A stretch of 64,000 bases of DNA from Candidatus Kapaibacterium sp. (GTDB lineage Bacteria; Bacteroidota; Ignavibacteria; Kapaibacteriales; UBA2268), in contig OY762428.1 of NCBI GenBank assembly GCA_963665665.1, forward strand, positions 5,152,001-5,216,000, in the 5' to 3' direction. Each line of letters opens with the position of its first letter. Position 1 is the stretch's first letter. The translations under genes and the position numbers were made by a program. This document shows, in pieces, positions 37,887-48,560 of the stretch. The notes beneath the pieces were generated by a model. That model was not told the origin of the DNA. It did not search any database and saw only the letters and a list, made by a program, of their open reading frames with translations.

Positions 37887-38351
37887 ATGGAAAGAATCAA
37901 AGGTGATATGGATACTGAAATTTCAGGGATAGTACTCGGTAAACTGATGAGTATAAGCGGAATTCTACAGCGTGAGGGCAACAGGCTTTTGCTGCCTTAC
38001 CAATTAAATCAGCAACAGTTTTCGATACTGTTTGAAATCGCTAAGGCAGGGGAAGTAATGCAGAAGAATATGATAAACCGCCTGGCGCTGGAAAAAGCCC
38101 ATGTTTCAAAAGTTGTAAAAAAGCTGAAAGTGATGGGGCTTATCGAAATAATCCCATTGCCGGACGATAAACGCTCGGCATTCCTAAAAACCACGTCAAA
38201 GGGTCGGGCGCTGGTAGAAGATTGCCGGTCTGTTTTCAGGGAATGGAACAGGGAATGGTTTGATGAATTCAGCGACGAAGAAATAAATAATATTCTTGAT
38301 AGTGTGGAACTTCTGCAAAAAGTATTCAATAAGAAATATGCGAGAAAATGA
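37887..38351 (+). CDS. MarR-family transcriptional regulator
   Basis: QQFSIL, VSKVVKKL..GLI, DDKRS..LKTTSKG. Confidence 0.9.
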   Translation: MERIKGDMDTEISGIVLGKLMSISGILQREGNRLLLPYQLNQQQFSILFEIAKAGEVMQKNMINRLALEKAHVSKVVKKLKVMGLIEIIPLPDDKRSAFLKTTSKGRALVEDCRSVFREWNREWFDEFSDEEINNILDSVELLQKVFNKKYARK

Positions 38352-38368
38352 GACGATAGAATTATTAA

Positions 38369-39190
38369 ATGATGAAAGGCATGGAAAAAATGAAGATAGA
38401 AACTTTGAAAATAGTATATTTTTCGCCGACGGGGACCTCAAAAACAATTGCCGAAGAAATAGCTAAAGGAATTGATGCTGAAAGGATAGAAAAAATCAAT
38501 ATTACTAAACCTGAAGCAAGAAAGATTCCCTTGAATGTCTTAAAGAATGACCTGCTGGTTTTTGTCGTTCCTGTTTATGTCGGCAGAGTTCCCGCTTTGC
38601 TGAGTGAATACTTTCAGGCAATAAATGCTGATAAGACACCTGCCGTTTGCGTTGTTGTTTACGGAAACAGGGAATACGACAACGCCCTTCTTGAGCTTAA
38701 GGATATTCTAAAAAATCGTGGTTGTCTGCCGATAGCAGGGGCAGCTTTTATTGGCGAGCACTCTTTTTCATCAGACGATACCCCGATAGCACCCGGCAGG
38801 CCGGATATTCCTGATATGGAACTGGCGCGGGAATTCGGGAAAAGAATATCTGAAAAACTGAAAATTGTTCCGAATGTAAACGAAATTCAGGAATTAAAGA
38901 TACGTGGCGATTATCCTTACGGTGGGATAAACGAACTATGGGATGTTAATTTTATTGAAGTAAGCCCTGATTGTACTGATTGCGGGATTTGCTCTGATGT
39001 TTGCCCGACGGGTGCTGTTAATCCTGAAAACGGCAGAATCGTTAATATTAAAAAATGCATCACCTGTTGTAACTGTATAAAAACCTGTCCGGAGAATGCA
39101 AGAAAGATAAAACCCGGGCAGGTAATGGATGTCGCCATACGGTTGAGCGCTAATTGCCAGGCCAGGAGAGAGCCGGAATTGTTTTTTTAG
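38369..39190 (+). CDS. EFR1-family flavodoxin/ferredoxin protein
   Basis: YFSPTGTS, PVYVGRVP, YGNREYDNAL, FIGEHSF, C-terminal 2x[4Fe-4S]. Confidence 0.9.
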   Translation: MMKGMEKMKIETLKIVYFSPTGTSKTIAEEIAKGIDAERIEKINITKPEARKIPLNVLKNDLLVFVVPVYVGRVPALLSEYFQAINADKTPAVCVVVYGNREYDNALLELKDILKNRGCLPIAGAAFIGEHSFSSDDTPIAPGRPDIPDMELAREFGKRISEKLKIVPNVNEIQELKIRGDYPYGGINELWDVNFIEVSPDCTDCGICSDVCPTGAVNPENGRIVNIKKCITCCNCIKTCPENARKIKPGQVMDVAIRLSANCQARREPELFF

Positions 39191-39390
39191 GTAAGGATTT
39201 ATTTAGTATAAATCCTTTTTATTAATTGTAGAGTTAATGTATTAATCTGGAGAGTTTATTGGGCTGAAATTATTATTATCTTTAATAATATGTTTTTATC
39301 TGAGAATTGTCTGAAAAACAGTAGATTTATGTAATATACAATTATTATATTCGTTTTTGATTCTGAACGTTTAAAAAATAAAAAATTTCA

Positions 39391-39696
39391 ATGAATTTGA
39401 ACAGCTCCCAAATAATTAAAAAGGTAGAAGAATTTTCAGAAAAAATTCGACTTAACGGAGTTGAAAAACTTGGATTATTCGGATCTTATGCCAGGGATGA
39501 GGCAGATTACGAAAGCGATATCGACTTTATTGTTCAATTTGTTTCAGGTCAAAAATCTTATAAAAACCTGTCTGATTTATATTTCCTTCTTGAGGATTTA
39601 TTCGGAAAAAGGATTGAAATTGTAACGCCTGAAGGCATTAAACCATTGTTTTTTGAGAATATAAAAAATGATATAATTTATGCCAAGATCAATTAA
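39391..39696 (+). CDS. Minimal nucleotidyltransferase (MNT) antitoxin
   Basis: GLFGSYARDE...SDIDF, LEDLFGKRIEIV. Confidence 0.92.
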   Translation: MNLNSSQIIKKVEEFSEKIRLNGVEKLGLFGSYARDEADYESDIDFIVQFVSGQKSYKNLSDLYFLLEDLFGKRIEIVTPEGIKPLFFENIKNDIIYAKIN

Positions 39697-40015
39697 ACTA
39701 CTTATTGAAGATATCCTGGAGGAAATTTTTTTTCTTGAGAGAAATTCAAATATCAACGAAATAGAATTTTTGGATAATGAATTGCTCCAAAGAGCATTTG
39801 TAAGAAGTTTGGAGGTTATCGGGGAGGCTACAAAGAAAATTCCGATTTCAATTAAGGAACAATATCCGAAAATTCAATGGAGAGAAATGGCCGGAATAAG
39901 AGATATATTGATAAATGATTATTCAGGAATAGATTACTCTATTGTCTGGAATGTAGTAGAGGAATATATTCCGCTTTTGAAAGAAAAATTAACAAAAATT
40001 GAGATTGATGAGTAA
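39680..40015 (+). CDS. DUF86/HEPN (HepT-like) toxin, catalytic motif altered
   Basis: RSLEVIGEA..I, PKIQWREMAGIRDILINDY; overlaps MNT. Confidence 0.88.
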   Translation: MPRSIKLLIEDILEEIFFLERNSNINEIEFLDNELLQRAFVRSLEVIGEATKKIPISIKEQYPKIQWREMAGIRDILINDYSGIDYSIVWNVVEEYIPLLKEKLTKIEIDE

Positions 40016-40066
40016 AAGATCAGAAATAATTTATTTAACTAAAATCCTTCAAAAATAATAATCCAA

Positions 40067-40819
40067 ATGAACGATAACAGATATTTACGGTTTATTTCCG
40101 GAATTGGAAAAGAGAAATTCAGCCAACAGGGAAATTCAGGCAAATGTCCATTTTGCCGGCCGGAAGAAAATTCCGAAATAATTGACAGAGATGGGCCTAT
40201 CGTGCTTGTTAAGAATAAATACGCCACTCTGGCCGACAGCTTCCAGACTGTTCTTATTGAAACTGATGACTGCAAAGCTGATATCAGATCATACAATACA
40301 GAATATCTTCGGAGAATTATAACTTTTGGTATTGATCACTGGCAAAAATTTGAGAATTCAGGAGATTTTAGGTCAGTTGTATTTTATAAAAATCACGGGC
40401 CGTTATCCGGCGGAACTATCGAGCATGCCCACATGCAAATTGTAGGGCTGGAAAAGATTGATTACAGGGCGAATCTACGGGACGAATTCTTTACAGGTAT
40501 AGAAATACTTAAGAATGAAAACAGCCTTGTAAACCTATCATGCAGTCCATTGAGTTCGGCTATTGAATTTAATATTATTGCCATGCAGCGAGACGATCAT
40601 TTTATGGCTGAATGCATTAAAATATTAGTTGAATATATTATGACTTATACTGAAAGCTATAATTTATTTTTTTACGATCGGAAAGGTTCGATAATATGTA
40701 AAATTGTTCCCCGATGGGTCTCGTCTCCGTATTTTATCGGTTATTTCCTGCCGCAGATTACCGACGGATTAACTGGTATTGCCCGGCAGGCAAAAAAGTT
40801 TTTTGATGCAAAAATATAA
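40067..40819 (+). CDS. DUF4931-like HIT/GalT-superfamily protein
   Basis: CPFC, VKNKY, KNHGPLSGGTIEHAHMQIVG. Confidence 0.75.
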   Translation: MNDNRYLRFISGIGKEKFSQQGNSGKCPFCRPEENSEIIDRDGPIVLVKNKYATLADSFQTVLIETDDCKADIRSYNTEYLRRIITFGIDHWQKFENSGDFRSVVFYKNHGPLSGGTIEHAHMQIVGLEKIDYRANLRDEFFTGIEILKNENSLVNLSCSPLSSAIEFNIIAMQRDDHFMAECIKILVEYIMTYTESYNLFFYDRKGSIICKIVPRWVSSPYFIGYFLPQITDGLTGIARQAKKFFDAKI

Positions 40820-40844
40820 TTTCAGGCTTTCGGAAAAACTGTTA

Positions 40845-42149
40845 TCAAAAAGGGTGATCCACGAACATTTGAATTTCTGTTGATTCCGCTCCTTTTCCAA
40901 CGTCAACTCTAATTACAATACCGTCCATGAAAAATCTTATTCCGCCGCCAACAGACCACTGTAAATCTTTGTGAAGAGTTGATAATTTCCATTCCGGGGC
41001 TACTCTTCCTACATCGGCAAAGGCAACTACCTGGAAAAAGTCTATCCCGATTTTTCGGGTAAAATCCCAGTATTCCATGGGATTCCATTTCAGGTTTTGC
41101 CTGAGTTCGGCTGAATAATAGATCATAGCTTTATCAAAATATCGGAAATTTATAAATCCCCGAAGTTTTTTAAATCCGCCAAGGTTTACACCTGCAAAGA
41201 ACTGCGGCCTTTTATATTCAATGTATTCGCTTCCGTCCTGAAGCGTTGTCCTGCTTTTTATATCATACCAGGAAGGCGTATCCATAGTATAAAAATTCAG
41301 GGCTAATACCCTCGGCGCTTCTCCTGATTCTTTATCATAAACAGGAATATACCATCTCAGGTCGGCCTTCCATGCACTGAACTCGCTGTTCGAACCCAGT
41401 GCACCCCAATCATCAAGTAATGCGAATTTAAAATAATTTCCGCATGTCGGATTAAAGAAGTAGTCCATATTTTCCCAGGTTAAGCCATATTCTAACCCGA
41501 ATGTAACTGGTTTCAATTTCACCCCGTTATCTGTTTCCAGGTTGTTATTTCTGTAGAAAGCTTTTACGTTGATAAAAGTCCGGCCGCTTTTAATCGGATT
41601 AATAAAATTATGCGCGCCGGTTTCACCTGATATCAGAATGCCTTTGTCAAATTTGTAGTTTGTGAATGGATTTTTTCCATCGCCGATAGGGAGGAGGTAT
41701 TTCAAAGTGAATTCATACCATTGGTCTGTTCCGTCCATAACAATATAGGAATCAGCCCTAGAATCGTTTGAACCGGCCGGAGGATCGTCAGGGCTTTTAG
41801 CAACAGCGTAGGACTTTACATTTTTTACTTTGCCGGCGTAAAGGTCCGGGCGAAAAAAAAGTCTTGGAAAAAATGGAAATTGAAATTCTTCAAGCTGAAG
41901 GTAACCATAATAAGTTCCAAGAGTGGAAACTATACCGCCAGCTTTCAAAAGAGTCTGTTCCTGGGCAAATCCCTTGTATCCGACAAAACCTCCGAAAGCC
42001 CAGTCAATAGAAGCATTGTAAAATGCAAAGGGCAGCATGACGAATGAAGGTTCTTTCTTAGAATTTAAACTGTCGCTGTCAGCTATAAGTAATGATTTTG
42101 CAAATAATATTATTACGATAAACGCGATATATTTTTTTAAATAATGCAT
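40845..42149 (-). CDS. Omp85/BamA-TamA-family beta-barrel outer-membrane protein (no POTRA evident)
   Basis: Signal peptide, LGGFKKLRGF..RY loop motif, FADVGRV, SVGGGIRF, terminal HPF. Confidence 0.78.
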   Translation of the reverse strand: MHYLKKYIAFIVIILFAKSLLIADSDSLNSKKEPSFVMLPFAFYNASIDWAFGGFVGYKGFAQEQTLLKAGGIVSTLGTYYGYLQLEEFQFPFFPRLFFRPDLYAGKVKNVKSYAVAKSPDDPPAGSNDSRADSYIVMDGTDQWYEFTLKYLLPIGDGKNPFTNYKFDKGILISGETGAHNFINPIKSGRTFINVKAFYRNNNLETDNGVKLKPVTFGLEYGLTWENMDYFFNPTCGNYFKFALLDDWGALGSNSEFSAWKADLRWYIPVYDKESGEAPRVLALNFYTMDTPSWYDIKSRTTLQDGSEYIEYKRPQFFAGVNLGGFKKLRGFINFRYFDKAMIYYSAELRQNLKWNPMEYWDFTRKIGIDFFQVVAFADVGRVAPEWKLSTLHKDLQWSVGGGIRFFMDGIVIRVDVGKGAESTEIQMFVDHPF

Positions 42150-42152
42150 ATT

Positions 42153-44531
42153 TTACTTTTTCCTGAATAATTTTAATATCCCCGGAAGAATAACTAATGT
42201 TGCAAACCAGATCATGAATAAACCAAGGCAGGCGAAAATACCGATGGATTCAATGCCTGTGTGGTGGGCGAAAACCATACCCGAATATCCGAGAAGAGTG
42301 GTGAATGTTGCCAGTGAAAGTGGCCCTGTAAGTTCCTTCTGTGATTCGGATACATTTTTTCCCAATTCCCGCCAACGACGTATATAGTGTACTCCGCCGT
42401 CAACGCCCATTCCAAGAAGAGCGGGGATAACCACAATATTGAAGAATGATATTTTCAACCCTGTCAGCGACATAATACCAAGAGTAGCGCCGATTCCGAG
42501 TATTAAGGGTATAAGCACAAGCAGAGTGTCAACGATGGATTTATTACTGAGCCATACCAGCAATACAATAGCGGCAAATGTGGCGATACCTATCCAGGCG
42601 CTTTCGCTGAAGACGAGCCATAATAACTCTGCAAAGATCACTGTTTCACCGACCGGACCCTGAACTTTATCAGGAATATCCAGTGCGTATAAGTCGCGGG
42701 TAAATTTCATGGCGTTGCGGCCGTCTTTTCTTTCCTCTTCTGGATAGATTGTCAGCAGGTAATCATTACTGTCAAGCCCAACGAGAGAACTTTTCAAAAC
42801 ATCAGGGATTTCGTCAACGGAAGCGCATTTTTCCGGAATTTCCCATTCCCTGATTTTTTTGATTATATTCCTATATTCTTCATCCTCAACTTTATCGGCC
42901 CAGCTTCCTGAAAGTATATCTTTTATTTCTTCAATTAATTCAAGTCTTTCCTCTGCATCTTCTTCGACGGGGGCAAAATCTCTGATACTTCTTATCCTGC
43001 CTATCATAGACGAATCTTTGTTTGCCGCGTTCCTCACTTCTGCGTTAAATTTATCAAGAGCGTCTATTCCCTTAGCAAGATAAATTGCAGCCGGACTCAT
43101 TGATTTTGAAAATACTTTTCCGTGTTTTTCTCTTACCTTCAGGTAATCGCCAATTTCTGCCTTGTCGAAATTCATGTTGCTAAGATTATAATCAAAGCTG
43201 ATGGAGAATATCGAATAAATACCCAGAATCAAAGCAAGGGCGGCCAATGGAATTGAAACCCATGTTGGAAGGGTCATGGATTTTTCAGTTTTTCGGACGC
43301 CCTTACGAAATAGATTATAACGGGAAAAAATTATTAGAATGGATGGCAAAACAATATACATAGCCAGGAGAATGCACAATATTGATATTCCGGCTATGAT
43401 ACCAAATTCGGAGAATCCACGAAAACCGGAAAAAGCCAACACTGCAAGCGCCAACGCGGTCGTCAGTCCTGAAACAGTCACAGAAACACCTGTTGATTGG
43501 TATGTTATTATCAAAGCTTCCCGTACAGAATGATTTTCTAGCTCAAGAATATACCTTTTTACAAGATGTATGGAGAAATCAACCCCCATTCCAAACATTA
43601 TTAGAATAAGGAAAGAAGTAATCAGGTTAAGAGGCCCTACTGCCAGGGAGACAATAGCGAAGCCCCATATCAACCCGAATATTAAAGGAATCAGGACGGC
43701 AATCACTGGAAAAACCGCCCTGAAACCTATCACCAACAACAATATTATCAGAACTGAAGCAATTAATCCGGAAGTATTCAGGTCTCCGGTAATAGTATCC
43801 AGTTCATTTATTTTGTTTCTGTGATTGCCCCCGATACCGGTCCGGACAGAATATTTCCGTTCTGTACTTTTACAGATTGCTCCTATTTCAGAGTAAATAG
43901 TTTTAATCTTTCCTATGCTGCTTATTCCTTCAGCAGTTGGTATCATTATTCCGATAATTTTTCCGTCCCGGCTTTCGTAATATTCAGGCAGGCTAAGATA
44001 CTGCCTGATCATTACGTTCATATCCTGTTCGTTTTCAATATCATTATGAGTTTTGGGCTCATTATTATTGTCTGCATTACCCAGATCTTCGACGAAGGGA
44101 TTGGCTTTTGCCTCCCAGTCAATAGCCATATCATAAAGTGTTTCCAGGTAATCATTCGGAATCAGTGTAAAACCGTATTTACTTATAAATTCCATCGGAA
44201 ACTTTAACCTTACTTTATCAACATCGGGAAGCTTCTTAAGTTCGGCTGCTGCATAATTTGCCGCCTGAACAAGTTTATCCCGGTTTTCGGACTCAAGAAA
44301 TACAATAAAATGTCCCCTGTCGCCTATCTTATCTTCAATCAGGCTGTTATTAACAACGGATTTATTATCTTTCGGCAGCAGGCTCATCAGATTTGTATCA
44401 ATTTCCAGCTTGCTAAGTGTTAGTTCAGCAGGCGCAGTCAGAAGTAAAATCATAATCAGAGATAAAACAGGCCTTTTATAAATTGCTTTCAATATTCTTG
44501 TAACAGTTCTATCATACATCCCGTTCGGCAT
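42153..44531 (-). CDS. MMPL/RND-family lipid transporter (HpnN-like)
   Basis: Two 1+5 TM halves with GMGVDFSIHL and GMGVDGGVHY, LTTA/FTTL motifs. Confidence 0.9.
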   Translation of the reverse strand: MPNGMYDRTVTRILKAIYKRPVLSLIMILLLTAPAELTLSKLEIDTNLMSLLPKDNKSVVNNSLIEDKIGDRGHFIVFLESENRDKLVQAANYAAAELKKLPDVDKVRLKFPMEFISKYGFTLIPNDYLETLYDMAIDWEAKANPFVEDLGNADNNNEPKTHNDIENEQDMNVMIRQYLSLPEYYESRDGKIIGIMIPTAEGISSIGKIKTIYSEIGAICKSTERKYSVRTGIGGNHRNKINELDTITGDLNTSGLIASVLIILLLVIGFRAVFPVIAVLIPLIFGLIWGFAIVSLAVGPLNLITSFLILIMFGMGVDFSIHLVKRYILELENHSVREALIITYQSTGVSVTVSGLTTALALAVLAFSGFRGFSEFGIIAGISILCILLAMYIVLPSILIIFSRYNLFRKGVRKTEKSMTLPTWVSIPLAALALILGIYSIFSISFDYNLSNMNFDKAEIGDYLKVREKHGKVFSKSMSPAAIYLAKGIDALDKFNAEVRNAANKDSSMIGRIRSIRDFAPVEEDAEERLELIEEIKDILSGSWADKVEDEEYRNIIKKIREWEIPEKCASVDEIPDVLKSSLVGLDSNDYLLTIYPEEERKDGRNAMKFTRDLYALDIPDKVQGPVGETVIFAELLWLVFSESAWIGIATFAAIVLLVWLSNKSIVDTLLVLIPLILGIGATLGIMSLTGLKISFFNIVVIPALLGMGVDGGVHYIRRWRELGKNVSESQKELTGPLSLATFTTLLGYSGMVFAHHTGIESIGIFACLGLFMIWFATLVILPGILKLFRKK

Positions 44532-44548
44532 TTATTCCCCGCGAAAAA

Positions 44549-45112
44549 TTATTTCTTCAATTCTTTTAATTTGGACTTCAATCTTGATATGATTTGATCG
44601 TAGCTTTGCTTTTTGAACAATTTCCTGAATTGTTTTTTGTAATTTTTACTTGTGCTTATATCCTCTACGATATAGTTCACAATTTTCCATTTGCCTGATA
44701 TCTGTTTCATTTCGTAATTGATACTATAGCTTTTCTCTCCTGATTTAACATTAGTTTTAACAGTTGTCAGCCCGTCGTTTGTCTCTTCGCCAAGGTAACT
44801 GATGCTGTATGATGAGAAACCGGAAAGTTTATCTGCAATTGAATATTTTACCATTTCAGCAAAAACATCTTTTATATCTGCACACTGTTTGTCGCTTAAA
44901 TTCTTGCAGTATTTGTCCAGAACATCAGAGGAAATACATGAAAAGCAGGAATATTCTTCCAGTTCTTTAGCAATTTTCTCTTTGGATTTAACGCCGGATA
45001 TTTTTGAGTTTAGCGTCTTTATAATATCCGTTGCTCCGCCTCCGGCGGCATTTATCAGTGCAATTGCCGAAAAAAATATGATAATGTTAAAAATTAACTT
45101 CACTTTCATCAA
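44549..45112 (-). CDS. MlaC/Ttg2D/HpnM-family periplasmic lipid-binding protein
   Basis: Signal peptide, TVKTNV..INYEM..WKIVNYIVEDIS..NYKKQF. Confidence 0.8.
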   Translation of the reverse strand: MMKVKLIFNIIIFFSAIALINAAGGGATDIIKTLNSKISGVKSKEKIAKELEEYSCFSCISSDVLDKYCKNLSDKQCADIKDVFAEMVKYSIADKLSGFSSYSISYLGEETNDGLTTVKTNVKSGEKSYSINYEMKQISGKWKIVNYIVEDISTSKNYKKQFRKLFKKQSYDQIISRLKSKLKELKK

Positions 45113-46472
45113 TCCACCTTAAATATTTTTCGAAAGTTGTTGTTTTTGAGGCAAGGTCGGCCAGAGCCTTATGATAATCAAGTATCATAGCTATTCTCCT
45201 GCCTTTAAGTTCGTAATAGGTTTTGTATGCCCTGATAAGCTTTTCAGCATCGCCAAATCCCATTTGCCAGTTATCCAGACCAAGAGCAAGCCACTTCTCC
45301 GCATTTTTAATGGATTCGTCAACTTTTGTTATCAGGCTGAAAATTCCGGAAGCATCGTTAAAAGACTGAATAACTTCAATTTTTACTTTTGTTTTGAGAA
45401 GTTCAAGATTCTCTTCCTGAACTTTAAGTTCCAATTTGTCAGAAGCGGCTTTGTCGCCGGAAGTAAGGAAATTTAAATTCCATGACATTCCGAGAAAAGC
45501 GCCCAGGTTCAGGTAATTGAAACTGTCGTACACAAATGGATTTGTCTGATCGTCCCTCCCCGGGGCGTACGCATACTGAACGCCTCCGGCCAGATATATC
45601 ATTGGCAGTGTTGAATTTCCCGCAAGCTGTGCCTTTTTTCTTAAAGCTTTAATTCCGGATTCGAGAGCTTTTATATCACTTCTTTCGGATAAAGCGGTTT
45701 CAATAGCAATCTGCCGGGCTGTGGCGGACGTATCCATTCGGGGAATTAATTCCATATCAAAAGAAATACTGTCACATCCGGTGATTTCTTTGAAAGCCAT
45801 TCTAACTGTTTGGTAGCCGTTTTTAGCTGTGGCAGAGACACTTTCAATCATGAAGTAATTGGATTTTACTTCCAAGAGGTCGCTTTCATCCAGGTCGCTG
45901 TCCTCTTTTTCAATTTCCTTATTTACTTCTTCAGTCAGCTTGGCAAAATTTGATTCAAGTTCATCAGCCAATTTAACAGAGTTTTTCAGAACGTTAACAG
46001 TCCAGTATGATTTTGCAATAATGTAACGGAATTTGTCAAGTTCAATTTCATTCATCCTGTCGCGGAGGTTGATTCCTTCTGTTGCCAAATCTTCGGCATT
46101 GTCGATTCTTCCAAAAGTATAAATCGGCTGCATAAATGTAAGTTCTGCCCTGACAAATGGCCCCCAGGAGTCAAGGTCTGTCTGTTTATCCTGCGAGAAA
46201 AAAACATCGCCCCTGGCATCGGGAACAATTCCGCCATTGATGTTCATTTTAATCTCAGGCAGGAATTTCATATCTTCAACCGTTCTGATATCCGTTTCAG
46301 CTAACTCTCTTTGAGCTTTGAGTTTCTCTAAAACATGAGATTCTCCGCCAAGGGCTGCCTTGACGACAGCCCTCAGTTCGTTTTGCCAAACCTTCGGTTC
46401 GGCCTTCTCTGCGGAGAAAATTTCAAGTTTGGGTTGTATTAAAAAAAATAATATAACGATTAATCTGGTCAT
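45087..46472 (-). CDS. TolC-family outer-membrane efflux protein
   Basis: Signal peptide, two OEP repeats (FLPEI..QPIYTFG; LPMIYL..MSWNL). Confidence 0.85.
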   Translation of the reverse strand: MTRLIVILFFLIQPKLEIFSAEKAEPKVWQNELRAVVKAALGGESHVLEKLKAQRELAETDIRTVEDMKFLPEIKMNINGGIVPDARGDVFFSQDKQTDLDSWGPFVRAELTFMQPIYTFGRIDNAEDLATEGINLRDRMNEIELDKFRYIIAKSYWTVNVLKNSVKLADELESNFAKLTEEVNKEIEKEDSDLDESDLLEVKSNYFMIESVSATAKNGYQTVRMAFKEITGCDSISFDMELIPRMDTSATARQIAIETALSERSDIKALESGIKALRKKAQLAGNSTLPMIYLAGGVQYAYAPGRDDQTNPFVYDSFNYLNLGAFLGMSWNLNFLTSGDKAASDKLELKVQEENLELLKTKVKIEVIQSFNDASGIFSLITKVDESIKNAEKWLALGLDNWQMGFGDAEKLIRAYKTYYELKGRRIAMILDYHKALADLASKTTTFEKYLRWIDESEVNF

Positions 46473-46515
46473 TTTATACTTTTAATATATACTAACATTT
46501 TTTAAAATGATAATA

Positions 46516-47832
46516 TTACACGCTGTGCCCATTTGAATCGAGATGAGTGATAACCTCTTCGCCCATCATTTTCCTCAAAGTGTTTTTCATCTTCATGAGC
46601 TGGATGAAAAGGTCATTTTCCGGAACCACATTTTTCTTATGCATCGGGCTTTTGAAATAGAATGAAAGCCATTCCTGAATACCTTTCATTCCGGCTCTGG
46701 ACGCGAGATCGTTCAGTAGTACAAGGTCGAGGCAAATTGGTGCTGCAAGGATAGAATCCCGGCACAGGAAATTGATCTTCAATGACATCTGGTAACCCAT
46801 CCATCCGAATATATCAATATTATCCCAGCTTTCCTTGTTGTCTCCACGAGGCGGATAATAGTTTATTCTTACTTTATGATAGTAGTTGTCGTAAAGATCA
46901 GGATAAACATCCGGCTGAATAATACTTTCGATCACTGAAAGTTTTGATTCTTCTTTTGTTTTGAATGACTCAGGATCGTCAAGAACTTCGCCATCCCTGT
47001 TGCCGAGTATATTACTCGAAAACCAGCCGTTAAGCCCAAGCATCCTGGCCTTAAGCATTGGAGCAATTACTGTTTTCAACATTGTCTGGCCGGTTTTAAA
47101 ATCCTTTCCGCAAATCGGAACTGAATTTTCAATTGCCAGTTCTTCAAGGGCCGGGACGTCAATTGTCAGGTTCGGAGCGCCGTTGATATACGGAACTCCC
47201 TCTTTGATTGCAGCCCAGGCGTATAGCATGGACGGAGAAATATCCTCGTGGTTATCCTTCATGGCCTGTTCGAAACGATGGATACTATTATGAACTTCTG
47301 ATTTACTTAGGAATACTTCCGTAGAGCCGCACCAGATAACCACGAGTCGGTCTAGCTCATTGTTTATTTTAAAATTTTGAATATCATTTCTCAGTTGCTC
47401 TGCAAGGTCATATTTTGTTGAAGCGGATTTAATATATTCGCCTTCAAGGTTATGTACGTAAGCCTGGTCGAAAACTCCGGGCATAGGTTTTATATTTTCA
47501 AGTTCGTCTTTTATATTGATATAGTCTCTTTCTTCGAGAACAGCATTGGACTGAAGAGATTCAAATAGGTTTTCATCCCGAATATCCCATCCGCCAAAAA
47601 CAATATCATCAAGGTTTGCCAGGGGTACAAAATCTTTTATCATCGGAAATTCATTGTTGATCCTTGCGCCTATCCTGATAGTCTGCATTTGTGTTACCGA
47701 GCCGACCGGTTGAGAATAGCCCCTTCGGATAGCTATTGTACCTGCTATAAAAGTCGAGGAAACAGCACCGTTCATACCTACAACGAGAACGCCGAGCTTA
47801 CCGTTTGCTTCTTTGATCTGTAACTTATCCAT
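46516..47832 (-). CDS. ino1: myo-inositol-1(3)-phosphate synthase (MIPS)
   Basis: FGGWDI, INGAPN, GKDFKTGQT, NILGNRDG, GDNKESWD, CRDSILAAP, LSFYFKSP. Confidence 0.96.
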   Translation of the reverse strand: MDKLQIKEANGKLGVLVVGMNGAVSSTFIAGTIAIRRGYSQPVGSVTQMQTIRIGARINNEFPMIKDFVPLANLDDIVFGGWDIRDENLFESLQSNAVLEERDYINIKDELENIKPMPGVFDQAYVHNLEGEYIKSASTKYDLAEQLRNDIQNFKINNELDRLVVIWCGSTEVFLSKSEVHNSIHRFEQAMKDNHEDISPSMLYAWAAIKEGVPYINGAPNLTIDVPALEELAIENSVPICGKDFKTGQTMLKTVIAPMLKARMLGLNGWFSSNILGNRDGEVLDDPESFKTKEESKLSVIESIIQPDVYPDLYDNYYHKVRINYYPPRGDNKESWDNIDIFGWMGYQMSLKINFLCRDSILAAPICLDLVLLNDLASRAGMKGIQEWLSFYFKSPMHKKNVVPENDLFIQLMKMKNTLRKMMGEEVITHLDSNGHSV

Positions 47833-47855
47833 TTCATGCCCTTCAATAAATCTTA

Positions 47856-48560
47856 TTAATCCATGTTTATAATTACATTGGTTATTTCTGAAAAATCACT
47901 GATGATGATATCATAATCAGGTTGGTCATCATCATTTACCCACGATTTGTTTTTTAGCCAAATTGATCTTGCACCCAGTTCGATTGCAGGAGCAATATCA
48001 TTTTTATATGAATCTCCAATAATTACAACTTCATTATTTTCAAGCTTCAAAGCATCTATACCCATTTGCCATATTGTCTTATCAGGCTTCCTGATATTGA
48101 TTTCACCCGAATCGATCAAGCAGTCAATTTGATATAATACTTCGAATTCCTGCATTATTGATTTCAGGTTTCCATAGAAATTTGATACAATCCCAATTTT
48201 ATAAAATTGTTTTAATATCGACAGATATTCAATATTTCCGGCTATGGTTTTTGATACTTTATGGAAAATATTATTACAAATATTTCTCCCCGTTTTATCA
48301 GAAATCTGAATACTTGTATTCTTTCTTAGATAATTTATTTGAGAATAGATTTTCAAGCCTAATGTTTCGGAAAGCCTCGTATCCGGAGGGATAATTATCT
48401 TAGCCATTCTTCTTTCTGCAAAGATGTATGCTTCTCTGAATATATCTTCGTCAATATCCAAATCAAACTCTTTGTAGGATTGTAAAAAATACCTGAACCA
48501 GTGAATACCACCGGTATCGATAGTTCCTCCGAAATCGAACAATAATCCTTTTATACTCAT
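47856..48560 (-). CDS. HAD-family hydrolase
   Basis: FDFGGTIDT, IVSNFYGN, RKPD, IGDSYKND. Confidence 0.9.
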   Translation of the reverse strand: MSIKGLLFDFGGTIDTGGIHWFRYFLQSYKEFDLDIDEDIFREAYIFAERRMAKIIIPPDTRLSETLGLKIYSQINYLRKNTSIQISDKTGRNICNNIFHKVSKTIAGNIEYLSILKQFYKIGIVSNFYGNLKSIMQEFEVLYQIDCLIDSGEINIRKPDKTIWQMGIDALKLENNEVVIIGDSYKNDIAPAIELGARSIWLKNKSWVNDDDQPDYDIIISDFSEITNVIINMD

